Shown: positions 46,207-58,341, numbered from the stretch's first letter. The stretch: DNA of 64,000 nt from Felis catus (GCF_018350175.1 NC_058383.1:4216001-4280000), one strand, 5' to 3'. Notes: generated by a model from the letters alone, not told the origin. Numbers and translations are program-made.

Positions 46207-46920
46207 AATAAACAAACATTAAAAAAAATTCAGGGGGTGCCTGGGTGGCTCCATTGGTTAAGCATCCAACTTCAGCTCAGGTCATGATCCCACGGTTCAC
46301 GACTTCAAGTCCCACATAGGGCTCTGTGCTGTCAGCTCAGAGCCTGGATCCTGCTTCAAATACTGTGTCTCCCTCTCTCTCTGCCCTTTCCCCGCTTGTT
46401 CTCTGTCTCTCACTCTCTCTCTCTCTTTCTCTCAAAAATAAATAAACCTGAAAAAAAATTGGGGACACCTAGGTGGCTCAATCTGACTGAGCATCTGACT
46501 TTTGATTTCGGATCAGGTCATGATCCCAGGGTCATGGGATCAAGCCCCATGCTGGGCTCCACACTAAGCGTGGAGGCTGCTTAAGATTCTCTTCCCATTT
46601 AGGGGCGCCTGGGTGGCGCAGTCGGTTAAGCGTCCGACTTCGGCCAGGTCACGATCTCGCGGTTGGTGAGTTCGAGCCCCGCATCGGGCTCTGGGCTGAT
46701 GGCTCAGAGCCTGGAGCCTGTTTCCGCTTCTGTGTCTCCCTCTCTCTCTGCTCCTCCCCCGTTCATGCTCTGTCTCTCTCTGTCCCGAAAATAAATAAAA
46801 AACGTTGAAAAAAAAAATTAAAAAAAAAAAAAGATTCTCTCACCTCCCCACACCCACCCCCACCTCTTTCCCCCACTTGTGTTCTCACTCTAAAAAAAAA
46901 AAACAAATAAATAAGAGGGA
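45899..46920 (+). mobile_element. Stack of five co-oriented CAN-SINEs (45899, 46003, 46233, 46461, and a young copy 46602-46830 nested in the fourth)
   Basis: Five successive ggggcgcctgggtggctca-type heads; nested copy flanked by aagattctct. Confidence 0.92.
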
Positions 46921-47096
46921 AAAAACATTCGATATAGAATTACCATATGATCCAGCAAAGAAGATGCCCAGAAGAATTGAAGGAAGGGGCTCAAAGAGAT
47001 ACCTGTGCACCCATTTTCATAGCAGCATAAACAGCAACAGTCAAAAGTTGGAAGCAACGTAAGCGTCCGTGGGCAGAAGAATGGATAAACAACATG

Positions 47097-47151
<55 letters not shown>

Positions 47152-47184
47152 AATATTACTCAGCCTTTAAAAGGGAAGAAATTC

Positions 47185-47323
47185 GGGCGGCTCCTGGGGG
47201 GCTCATTCGGTTGAGTGTCTGACTCTTGATTTCAGCTCAGGTCAAGATCCCAGGGTTGTGGGATTGAGCCCCACATCAGACTCCAAGCTCAGCATGGAGT
47301 CTACTTAGGATGTCTCTCTCTCA

Positions 47324-47356
<33 letters not shown>

Positions 47357-47410
47357 CCTCCCTGCACCTCTCCCTGGCTCACACCCTCTCACTCTCTAAA
47401 ATTAAAAAAA
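47185..47410 (+). mobile_element. CAN-SINE
   Basis: ggctcattcggttgagtgtctgactcttgatttcagctcaggtc head, (TC)n. Confidence 0.88.
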
Positions 47411-47720
47411 GGTGGGGGGGTAGGGTAGGAAATCCCAACACCTCCTACGACATGGATGAACCTGGAGGGCGTCATGCAGAGTGAAAGAAGCCGGACGCAG
47501 AAGGGCAAATACTGTGTAATTTCACTTGCACGAGGAGGTATCCAGAGGGGTCAAGTGCACAGAGACAGAAGACACAAGGGGGGGTGCCAGGCTGGGGAGG
47601 AGAGAAAGCACTGGGGAGGGAGCGCTGGATGGGGACCAGCTTCAGTTTGAGAAGATGTCAACGTTCTGGAGACAACGGTGGTGTGGGCTGCACAGCACTG
47701 TGAATGTGCTTAAAAAGAAC

Positions 47721-47912
47721 GGCGTCTGACTTCAGCCAGGTCACGATCTCGCGGTCCGGGAGTTCGAGCCCCGCGTCAGGCTCTGGGCTGATGGCTCGGA
47801 GCCTGGAGCCTGTTTCCGATTCTGTGTCTCCCTCTCTCTCTGCCCCTCCCCCGTTCATGCTCTGTCTCTCTCTGTCCCAAAAATAAATTAAAAAAAACGT
47901 TGAAAAAAAAAT
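47721..47912 (+). mobile_element. Young 5'-truncated SINEC_Fc-type element with TSD
   Basis: TSD ttaaaaagaac at 47710-47720 and 47913-47923. Confidence 0.93.
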
Positions 47913-48143
47913 TTAAAAAGAACAGATCGCAGGCCGAAATGTAGGCACTGAAACGACACAGTTTCCTGAAGGAAAAATAAGGGGGAGAAAAATCTTGGTG
48001 ACACTGGGTGTGGGAAAGATTTCTGAAAAGCAACACAAAAAGCACAAATTATATAAAAAAAAAAAATCAGCAAATTGAACTTCATCAAAACATTTTTTAA
48101 GTTTGCTCTTCAAAAAATGTACCTTGAAAAACCCCAAAAAGGT

Positions 48144-48520
48144 GGGGCGTCTGGCTGGCTCAGTCAGAAGAGCAAGCGAATCTTGATCTTGGGGTTGTGA
48201 GTTCGAGCCCCACGTTGGGTGTAGAGATGACTTAAAAATCAAATCTTAGGGGGCGCTTGGGTGGCTCAGTCGGTTAAGTGTTCGACTTCGGCTCAGGGCA
48301 CGATCTCACGGTTCACGAGTTCAAGCCCCACATCGGGCTCTGTGCTGACAGCTCAGAGCCTGCAACCTGCTTCGGCTTCTGTGCCTCCCTCTCTCTGCCC
48401 CCTCCCCCACTCACGCGCGCACGTGTGCACTCTCTCTCTCGCTCTTTCTCTCCTCTCTCTCTCGAAAATAAGTAAAGACGTTAAAAACTTAAAAAAAAAA
48501 AACAAAAAAAGAAAACAAAA
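48144..48520 (+). mobile_element. Tandem pair: short CAN-SINE (48144-48240) plus full CAN-SINE (48249-48520)
   Basis: Two heads; the pair is flanked by aaaaccccaaaa. Confidence 0.9.
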
Positions 48521-48671
48521 CCCCAAAACACTCTTACAATTCAATATAGGACAAATGATCCGATTAGAAAAAAAATTAGCAAAAGATTTGAACGGACATT
48601 TCGCCAAAGGTGACACTCTGCTCCACCAGGTGACAAGATGTTCCATGTCAACAGTCTCTAGGGAAACAGGA

Positions 48672-48892
48672 TTTTTTTTTTTTTCAACGTTTTTTATTTA
48701 TTTTTGGGACAGAGAGAGACAGAGCATGAACGGGGGAGGGGCAGAGAGACAGGGAGACACAGAATCGGAAACAGGCTCCAGGCTCCGAGCCATCAGCCCA
48801 GAGCCTGACGCGGGGCTCGAACTCCCGGACCGCGAGATCGTGACCTGGCTGAAGTTGGATGCTCAACCGACTGCGCCACCCAGGCGCCCCCC
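48672..48892 (-). mobile_element. Young SINEC_Fc-type element with TSD, inside an old L1 fragment
   Basis: TSD agggaaac(a/g)ggattt on both sides. Confidence 0.95.
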
Positions 48893-49264
48893 AGGGAAAC
48901 GGGATTTAAAACCACAGTGAGACATACATACCCCGCCACGGCTAAAAGGAAGGACCGACCATACCAAGTGTTGTCAAGGATGTAGAACACTCTTACTTTA
49001 CCCCACACGCCACCCAGGAGCCTGAGGACCGGCCACCAACTTTCCCATCAGGGGGTCAGAGGCTATACCGCACCCCCAGAGGCATTTCGAAATGTTTGGG
49101 GGCTTTGGTTTTCCCGGTAAAGGGGGAATCCCTGGGACTCAGCAGGAGGGAGCCGGGGAAGCTGACCTCCCACGGCCATAAGACGTTGCCCCACACAGTA
49201 AACCATCCTTCCCAAATGCCAAGGTGGAAAATTCACCAGAAAGCTCCATCCAACTAAAGTTCAG

Positions 49265-49492
49265 CTTTTTTTTTTTTAATTTTTTTTTTAATGTTTATTT
49301 ATTTTTGAGACAGAGAGAGACAGAGCATGAACAGGGGAGGGGCAGAGAGAGAGGGAGACACAGAATCGGAAACAGGCTCCAGGCTCCGAGCCATCAGCCC
49401 AGAGCCTGACGCGGGGCTCGAACTCACGAACCGCGAGATCGTGACCTGAGCCGAAGTCGGACGCTTAACCGACTGAGCCACTCAGGCGCCCC
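49265..49492 (-). mobile_element. SINEC_Fc-type element with TSD
   Basis: TSD aaagttcagcttttt on both sides. Confidence 0.95.
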
Positions 49493-49528
49493 AAAGTTCA
49501 GCTTTTTAATTAAAGAGAAAATAATAGA

Positions 49529-49740
49529 GAGGTGCCTGGGTGGCTCAGTCGGTTAAGTGTCCTACTTCGGCTCAGGTCACGATCTCGCCGTTCCGGAATT
49601 CGAGCCCCACGGCGGGCTCTGTGCTGACGGCTCACAGCCTGGAGCCTACTTCGGATTCGGTGTCTCCTTGGTGCCCTGTGCCCCTCCCCCACTCACGCTC
49701 TGTCTCTCTGTCTCAAAAACAAATAAACATTTAAAAAAGA
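49529..49740 (+). mobile_element. CAN-SINE
   Basis: Full-length; head-to-head with the preceding copy. Confidence 0.92.
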
Positions 49741-51404
49741 GAGAGGGAAAGTAACAGAATGAGGGAATACAAGATAAAAACTCAGCGTGCGTCCCTCGCG
49801 CTCAGGACGAGTACTGCCTCCTGACGTTCTAGTTCCGGTTACTATGTCTGTGTTCTCTGTACTGGGTTACGACGTAAAATACAGCCTTCCTGGGGGTCCA
49901 GGAAAAAAAAAAAAGGTGACAGACACGAGGTGCCGTCACGGACTCCTGAGCGGGGGAGACACCCACAGTGCTGTCCCCCACGACCCCCACGGCGTTGAGT
50001 GAGGCCTGAGGGGACACCCCGGGGACGCCTGGGTGACCGGGAGCTTGGCTGAGGGGCGCACAAGAGCACACATGGGGCCGTGGGGCCTGCGAGCCCCTCA
50101 TGCGGTGGGCCAGGCAGGCGCTGGCCTGGGACTCGCTGTGGGAACCCGCCCAACCGGAGCAGGGCCTCTCGTGGGCAGCCTAGGGTGGGGGAGACCCTCC
50201 CCAGTGTGGGGGACCCGGGGCATGATCCGTGAGGGGGGGCTCGAGGGCCAACAGCCCCCTTCAGCCAGAGCGACGTCCCTCCCCTGCGTGGTCCGGAGGG
50301 GGGTGGAGGGGGGGGCAAAGGACTATCTTTGCTACACTGACACGGCTTCTGGGAAGTTTAGGACCCAAGCTGCGGGGCCCCGAGGGCCTGAGTCCACCCC
50401 CCCCCCCCCGCAGCTGACGCTCTCTGCCACTTCTCCTCCCTGAGCCTCACCCCAGAGTAGGGGTCATGGGGTAGTCCCGTGAGCCCGCCTCCGGGCAGGT
50501 GGTGAAGGCGTGTGGCCCTGCACGGTGAGTCCCGGGTGCCCACGTCTGCCCAGCTGCAAAGGAGACCCCCAAGCTGGGACTTGAAGGATACACCTTCAAA
50601 GGGAAGGTGCCATTGAGCTCAGTGGGAGCAGAGTCCCCAGTAGGCTCTCCCAGAGTCCCCCTGCCTGCCTGGAGGAGAGGGCCGTGGGCAGGCAGAGGAG
50701 CTAAGGCCCGGGAAATATCAAGGCTGACCAGCAAGATGGCTGAGCCCCAGCGACGGACCCCAGGGAGCTTGCCTGGCAGGCCCGGCGGGCCCCGTCTGCG
50801 ACGGACGGTGGGCACACGTGGCCGGAGGCGTCCTCTGAGCAGGCAGAGGTCGGGGCCAGGACCCTCAGAGCCTCTGCCCCGGGCTTGCTCTGAGCCCCCT
50901 GCCGTCCATCAGACCCCAGGGACCACAAAAAGAAGGCACCTGAGAAGGGAGCCCAGACCCACCCGTGTCTCCTCCTCCCTGGCCCACCACACCCAGCCCA
51001 GCATCACCGAGGGCCACTCCCAGGAACCTGTTCCCGGAACGGAGGACGGAGAGCGGGGCAAACTCGAGCCCCTTCACGCTGGTGGCTGTCCTCACGTGCC
51101 AGGCACCACGGCCAGCTCAGGGGACACAGCAGACCCCGCCTGCTGTCGCAGAGGGACACATGGGACCGACGGGGGCTGTAGCCCCTGAGAGGCGCCCGGG
51201 GTGGGGTTGGGGGGGAGGGGACGGTGCCTGGATGGTGAGTGTGGCCGGCTGGGCACACAGGGCATGTCTGGGGCTCACAGGGGCCTGTGGCACCAAAGCT
51301 GACAGGTCAGGGAGGTGACGGGAGGCAGGACCTAGAGGCCACACAAGCACGAGAGGAGGTGGGCTTTTACTCCTGTAGGTGTGACTTCGGACAGCCGTGG
51401 ACAG

Positions 51405-51407
<3 letters not shown>

Positions 51408-51443
<36 letters not shown>
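51408..51443 (+). repeat. (TG)n microsatellite
   Basis: Perfect dinucleotide run. Confidence 0.96.
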
Positions 51444-51448
<5 letters not shown>

Positions 51449-52971
51449 GGTTTTTTTGTTGGGGTGTGTGTCTGTTCTTACCTCAGAACAGCCTGTTTAG
51501 CCAAGTTGGCAATCGGTGCCCGGGCCCTGGTCCCTGTCAGCAGAAGTGTCTGCAAGGAGTCTGAAGTCCTTGCAGCGGGGCCTGGCCCATCTAATGGTGG
51601 AGGCACGGGCCCTGGCCTCCCGTCCCACACCCGCCCTGCCTCTGCCCTCTGCCCTCTGCCCCCACTCCACACAGCCCCCAGCCCAGGGCAACTGTTCGGC
51701 TGCCTAAAGCCTGTTTCTTCTCTTTCGCTGTATTTTTTTTTTCTCCTTTCTTTTTTGGAAGCAGCACTGCTCTGAGATAATGGTGCTTCTGGGAAACAGA
51801 GCTGAGGGTCCTGTTTGTGCAAAGAAACTGTTTTTACTCCAGACGCAAGTGCCGTGTTTATGTCATAAATCGCCCCCTTCCGCGGCTGTCCTCCGCCCTC
51901 CCCTCTCCTGTCCCAGCCAGAGTCTGGCCCCTACAGGGGAAGTGGGGAAGCCGGGCTGGGCTGGGGGTGGCTCCGAGTGCTCACCCGGGCTGCCGAGAGC
52001 CCCAGGGACTGGACGCGTGGCCCCACGCCCCCCAGGCTTGGTCTAGGCCTTGGTTTTCCCCAGCTCGAAGGGGGGTTGCAGACTTGGCCGGGGAGTCCTT
52101 CCGGGGAGACCACACACGTATGGTTCAGCCCCAACCTCACACCATCACTGATGACGCGCCGAGGGCTGGGCCCTGGGAGCCATAAAAGGGGCTCAGACTG
52201 CTTCAGGAGTCACAGGCAAGCAGAGGAGAGGGGTCCAGGTCGGGGGGCTCAGGTCACCATGAGGGTGGGCGCCTGGAGAGCCTGCTGTCCAGCCCTGTGA
52301 CCACACCTGGCCCTGTACCAGTCCTGCCCTTGCTGGGGGGGATCAGCAGCGCTGGGACTGGCCGCCTTCTTTTCTTGGCCACCCTAGGGGGTCTGTCACT
52401 CACAGCTGACCTGGATTTCTCTGCCCAGGATGACCCACAACCGTGTAAAGACAGGCTGCTGTGCATAAGGACAACTACATCCCTGTGTCTGGTGTTTGCT
52501 GCTGTTGTTGGCCGTTGGTTTAACACTCAGGACTTTATATACGCATTTGAGGGACAAAAGCCCTGAGCATCAGATTTCTTCTTTTCCCAGACACAAGTGT
52601 TCCAAGGAGCCTGACTTGAGCCAAACCAGAGTGAAGAGTCCCCACCTTCTCTCCCTCTTGACCGAATGCACGTCCCCACACATGCAACAACAGCTGGTCC
52701 AACCCTGGGCACAGGGTTGGGCGCTTGGACAGAAAACACTGGCGTGGAGGGGACACACGAGCCACAGGACAGGAAGCCATAGTTCGATTCACCACTGGGG
52801 GGATGGTGCCTGTTCTCTCTGGGGTGTACTGACACCTCAAATTCTAAACACCTTTGGACCCTGGAATTTTCTTTCTAGGAATGCTTTCTGTTCTAAAGAA
52901 AAAAATATGCACACATAATTCTGCTTACAAGAACACTCACTGCAGCTCTGATTATCAAAGCAAAAAACTAC

Positions 52972-53383
52972 GGGAGCCTGGGTAGCTCAGTCGGCTGAGC
53001 ATCTGACTTCGGTTCAGGTCATGATCTCACCGTTCGTGAGTTCGAGCCTCGCATCGGGCTCACTGCGGTCAGCAAAGAGCCCGCTTCAGATCCTCCGTCC
53101 CTCTCTTTCTGCAGCCCCCTCAAAAATATATAAAAATTTAAAATAGGGGCACCTGGGTGGCTCAGTCGGTTAAGCATCAGACTTCAGCTTAGGTCATGAT
53201 CTCACGGTCCGTGAGTTCGAGCCCCGCGTCGGGCTCCGTGTTGACAGCTTTGAGCCTGGAGCCTGCTTCGGATTCTGTGTCTCCCTCTCTCTCTGCCCCT
53301 CCCCCACTCACACTCTGTCTCTCTCTCTCTCTCCCCCTCTCAAAAGTAAACATTAAAATAAATAAATAAGTAAATAAATAAAT
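52972..53383 (+). mobile_element. Tandem pair of CAN-SINEs (52972-53143, 53146-53383) within an old L1ME-like fragment
   Basis: Two heads; the pair is flanked by TSD gcaaaaaacta (52960-52970, 53384-53394). Confidence 0.92.
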
Positions 53384-54169
53384 GCAAAAAACTAGGAGCA
53401 ACCTAAATGCCCAATCATGAGGGATCAGTTGAATAACTCAGGTAAATACAGCTGTCATAAGTCATGGTGTAGAAGATTATGGGGGGCAGAAACGTGCACC
53501 ACATACACAAAAAGCAAAAAGAGAGGTGGGCAAAGTCGTCTGTGGAATACAATCCCGTCTGAGTCTTTTCTGATACATACATACACATATAAGTCCAAAG
53601 ACAAAGGCTGGAAAGATGTACTCTGAAATATTAATGTTGGGATTACATTATTTTTCCTTTGTGTATACAGGCCGTTTTTCAAATGAGCTTTATTTTATTA
53701 GGGAAGAAAGACTGGTTGAAAAACTGAATTCGGGAGGATAATGGCAATTAACAGGGAAGTCTGCCCAAGGCACAGACGTAGCGCAGGAAAATGAGGGGTT
53801 TGCTCTGTTGGGAAGGGCCAGGACGGGGGGTGGGGGGTAGAACTCCCCTGGAGGCTCACGGCAGAGGCGGCTGGGTTTGGAGAAACACCGCGGACTCTGC
53901 CGAAGCCACAGGAAGAGCTGGGTAACTACAGCAGAGGGAGAAGCATATGCGACGAACAGAAGACACCTGCTGTGTCCCTGAGGCTGGCTCGTCAGCCAGC
54001 CGAGGCCAAGGAGGACCCAGCACCCCGGACTTGCCCCCGGGGGGTGGGAGCAGCTCACGGCCTCTGCTTCAACGGTCTCCAGGTCCTCTGAGAGCAAGAC
54101 GTGGGCAGAGCACACACTTAAGGACATAAAAATAAAGGCCCTTGTCTCCCTAATAGATAGAGCGTCTAT

Positions 54170-54590
54170 AAACCAATAAGAAAAACATACCAGAGAAAGA
54201 AACGCTCGATGGCCTTTAAAATACATAAAAAGATGCTCCACTTTGCTCATAAAAGAAACGCTCAGTGAAATCACACTTAGATACTATTTTTCACCCACCC
54301 GATCGGCAAAATTCAAAAGTTAGAGAACACCCTCTATTGGCAAGACCGTGGGAAGCTCAGATTCTTGTACATTGTTTGTGGGAATGTAAATTGGTTCAAC
54401 CCACCCCCGTGGAGGCCAATTTGGGCAGTATCTGTCTAATTACAAATGCATACACTCTCTAAGCCATTCCACTCCCAGCAATTTATGTTACAGACACTGG
54501 CACACACGTAAAATGATATTCAAGATTCAAGTGATGGTATTAATTTGCAGCATTGTATGTAAGCATAGAAGACTGAATAAACCATCTTAA
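54170..54590 (+). mobile_element. Ancient L1M ORF2 3' fragment
   Basis: acataaaaagatgctccactttgctcataa, gtgggaatgtaaattggttcaacc, ccattccactcccagcaattta. Confidence 0.75.
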
Positions 54591-54595
54591 AAAAT

Positions 54596-54809
54596 GTTTT
54601 AATACTTACTTTTGGGAGAGAGAGAGAGAGACAGAGTGTGAGTGGGGGAGGGGCAGAGAGAGAGGGAGACACAGAATCCGAAGCAGGCTCCAGGCTCCTG
54701 CCATCAGCACAGAGCCCGACTCCGGGCTCGAACTCATGAACTGTGAGATCACGGCCTGAGCCAAAGCCACGAGTCAGACGCTTAACCAACTGAGCCACCC
54801 AGGTGCCCC
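54596..54809 (-). mobile_element. CAN-SINE
   Basis: Reverse copy ending gagccacccaggtgcccc. Confidence 0.92.
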
Positions 54810-54841
54810 TTTGGTTGAACATTTAGATGCGTCTCAGTCTT

Positions 54842-55030
54842 GGGGTGCCTGGGTGGCTCAGTCGGTTAAGCATCTGACTCTTGACTTTGGCTCAGATCAT
54901 GATCTCACAGTTCGTGGGATTGAGCCCCACATCAGGCTCTGCACTGGGATAGTGCTTGGGATTCTCTCTCTCCTCTCTGCCCCCTCCCTCTCTCAAAATA
55001 AATAAACTGTAAGAAAAGGAATTTAAAAAA
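54842..55030 (+). mobile_element. CAN-SINE
   Basis: ggggtgcctgggtggctcagtcggttaagcatctgactc head. Confidence 0.9.
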
Positions 55031-56199
55031 ATGTTCAACCACAGGGGATGGGTTGAATAAGTTGTAATTGCCACCCGGTGGAATATTACCCAGCTGTCAA
55101 AAGTGATGCACGAGGGGACAGGAGCGACAGTGGCCACATAGGAGCCTTTGAAAACTCACGCCTTCGTAGAAGCAATGGAAAAAAAAAGGGCAAAAAACGA
55201 TCAGAATCAATTTTTTCAGAACTCTGGATATTAATCAGAGGCCTGCAGCAACCTGGGGAAATGTTTATTCCAGAAAAATGAAGGACTCTCGGTAGGGACA
55301 GCATCCCATGGGGTCTTACCCGCCCCATCCCGTGTCTCACTCTGCAGCGAAGCACCTGCCGAAGGCCCCACCCCCTTACACCCTCACGGTGGGGGTCAGG
55401 GCTTCAACACATGAATTTGGGGGTGGACACAAGCATTCAGACCATGGCACTGTATGGTTCCACTTCTAGGAGGTCCCAGGAGTAGTCAAATTACAGAGAC
55501 GAAGAGTAGAAAACCTGGCTGGGTGTCTCTTAAGGAGTTCCTTGAAGCCCACCAAGGCTTTGTGAACTGTTCCCCACCACCCAGACCCGGCAGGGGGCGG
55601 GGGGGGGGGGCTCCTGTCCACTCCGGGTTTGTCTAAACTGCCCACGCTGCCTCTGGCCGGCTCCAGGGACCCTGGATCCGACCTCACATTGGGTAGCCCA
55701 CTCCCCACCAAGACCCCTCCACTGATGGCCGGTGTGTACTTGGGTTTTGCTCTGCACAAATCTACCCTGATCATTTTATCACAGCTCGTGTAGTATCCGG
55801 CAATCTGCCCTTGGGTCCATATACCGTGAACAACCTTCTGTTTTATCGCACAGAGACGCGATCTGTTCTCGTTAAGGGCTCCGTACTACGTTTTTAACAA
55901 AATTGTGTCTGTTTGCTTTGTTCTCCTGTGTGTGTTTGGTTTTGTTTACATCTCAGAATTGAGTTCATCCATGACCATTAAAGAAAATCTGGAAAAGGAC
56001 GGAAAAGAATTAAAAGGAAAAAATAAAGTCACCAGATAATCCTTCCCTTTGGCGGACACGGGGGCGGCGGTTCCTCTCTGCCTTGGCCGGCGGCCCTGCG
56101 CGCCAAAGGATGGGTGGGAGGGAGACAGGCGGTGGGGGGGAGGTCCTTGCCGGCTGCTAACACTGTGGTCAAGGCCCACAAACTTAAGGGCTCCCTCAG

Positions 56200-56520
56200 T
56201 CTGACCCAAACCTCACTGGCTAAAATCCAGATGTTGCCAGGGGCTGGCTCCTCCCCGAGGCCCTAGGGGTGAATCCGTGTCCTTGGCTTTCCAGCGTGTG
56301 GAGGCCACACGGTTCCCGGTCCCTTCCTCCAGCCACAAGGAAAGTTCTCCCTCCTCTGCTTGCTAGGACCCTTGTGATTATGCGGGGCTAGTCTGTCCGT
56401 GTAACCAGTCCGCTGATTTGGGTGAACTTACCTGCCCTTTGCCACGTAACCTAACATGGTCGCGGGACCTGGGGGTGCGGGCATGGACATCTTTGGGGGG
56501 GGGGGTGTTAGGCCACCTCT
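56200..56520 (-). mobile_element. MLT1 LTR fragment
   Basis: ctggctaaaatccagatgttgccagggctg...aggacccttgtgatta...cctttgccacgtaacctaacat...ggcatggacatctttggggg. Confidence 0.7.
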
Positions 56521-57389
56521 ACAGATGGCCTGGCGGGACGCACAGCCAGGCCCCAGGTCCAGGCCTGTGTAGGCGGTCAGTGGGAGAGAGGGACCTGGGG
56601 CTCTGGCCGCTCCCCTGGACGCAAAAACAAATTTGGGGGGTGTGGGGAGTCACCATTCGGTAGGATTTACATCATCTGACACCTATCAATTTTTCTTTAT
56701 CTGCGTTTGCTCCCTTATATGCCTTAATCATCGACATCCTGAGTAACTAGTACATTTGGAATCAGGACACTTGGCAACTGGGAGGTGACCTCCGAGTTCT
56801 GAAGCCACGGACTGACATGCGGGCCGGATCGTTCTGTGGAAAGTTGCTCAGCCCAAGCCCGAAATACAGCTCTGCTTCTACAACCCCCTAAGGCTCCTCC
56901 CAGCCTTAAAAAATTCATATGTAGACCCAGAAATTTCACTAACGAGAGTCTCTCCTAAGGAAAGAATTCTAAATATAGAAGAACGCTCTAGCACAAGGGT
57001 ATCAGAGCAGCATTCCCTGGAAAAGTGGCTAATTAGAGACAACCTAATTGTCCAACGACGGGGGACCAGCAGCGTCCACGTGATGGCAAACCGTACCGTT
57101 AGACGGATGGGTCTGGAAGGACAGAAGACGCTTTTATCGTCGCAGGTATAAAGCAAAACCCTACATTGGACGATCACAGTCTGAGAACGTTTTTTAAAAG
57201 CACAGGACGAGGACTCCAAGGACATGAACTAAAATATCAACAGAGGTTCTCTCTGGCTCCTAAGAATATGGGTCATTTCTTTTCCCCTTCTGCTTCTCTG
57301 AATTTTCCGAATCTTCTGGGCTCGATAGACACAAGAGGAAAGTTGAACTGAACTGGTCGTGCTAAGTAATTGGGGTGTGAAACGGATCC

Positions 57390-57830
57390 GGCCCTCGAGC
57401 AGGTGTGTGAGTGTGCGTCCCCGTTACAGTAGGGCGAGGGTGTGAACAGGAGTGTGTAAGAGTGTGGGTGCCGGCATGCACACCATGAAATTCGGCGTGG
57501 AGGTGGGAGCGACCGTGGGCGAGCGAGCCGGCGCGAGGTGTGTCGGCGCGGGTGTGTGAGCGGAGGGGTGGACTGGCGCGGGCGCCCGTGTGAACACTTG
57601 GGTGTGTGACGGCTGGGGGGTTGTGAAGGCAGGTACGCGAGGCAACGTGTGTGGGAACACGCGTGCGCGCGTGTCAGCGGCTGGGTGTGAGCTACGACGT
57701 AGGAGGGTATTTGCGTGTGAGTGGCCACGTGTGGGTGTGAGGGTGGATCCGCGCTCGCGCTTGTAAGGGGGTGTGAAAGGGTGAGAGAGGGTGGGGCCGG
57801 GGTGTGTGCGGCGCGAGTGTGAGCGAGGGC
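57390..57830 (+). repeat. Degenerate GT/GC-rich low-complexity tract
   Basis: Repeated gtgtgtga/gcgcg-like units. Confidence 0.75.
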
Positions 57831-58241
57831 AGCAATCCGCGGGTCCGGGGGTTCCAAGCCTGCACCCCTCTTGCGGGCCTTCCACCTCCTTCCTCACCGG
57901 GGTGGGTGGTCGTCAGGGCTTCGCCCAGGCCCCGCTCCTGGCTTTGGCCGACTTCCCCAGGCGGTGCTGCGTGTGGCCCCTGCAGCCGGGGGGACGAGGG
58001 GCAAAACTCACGATGCGGCAACTTCCCGCGGCTCGGGCCCCAGAGCGGGCGGGCAAGGTCTGAGGGAAAGCACCCTTTCCCTTCCGGTGTGGGCTCCGGG
58101 CAGGCCACACGAACTCCCAGAAGACCCTCGGCTCTGGAAGGTCAGGGCTCCGCGACGCCTTCTCCCCCCGCCGGGAGAGGCAAACAGGGCAACCAACAAA
58201 TCCTGTGCAAAACTCTGGGTAGCAACCAAAGCTTATCATTC

Positions 58242-58301
58242 TTTTTTTTTTTTTTTAAGGCTTTTATTTATTTATTTGAGAAATAGAGGGAGTAGGGGAG
58301 G

Positions 58302-58341
<40 letters not shown>

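Larger units (their letters stand above)
45850..47710 (+). mobile_element. L1MB-type 3' end fragmented by six SINE insertions and a (CA)n run (47098-47148)
   Basis: gtggaagacagtatggcggttcctcaaaaatt | ...tagaattaccatatgatccagca...gaatggataaacaa...acatggatgaacctggag. Confidence 0.85.
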
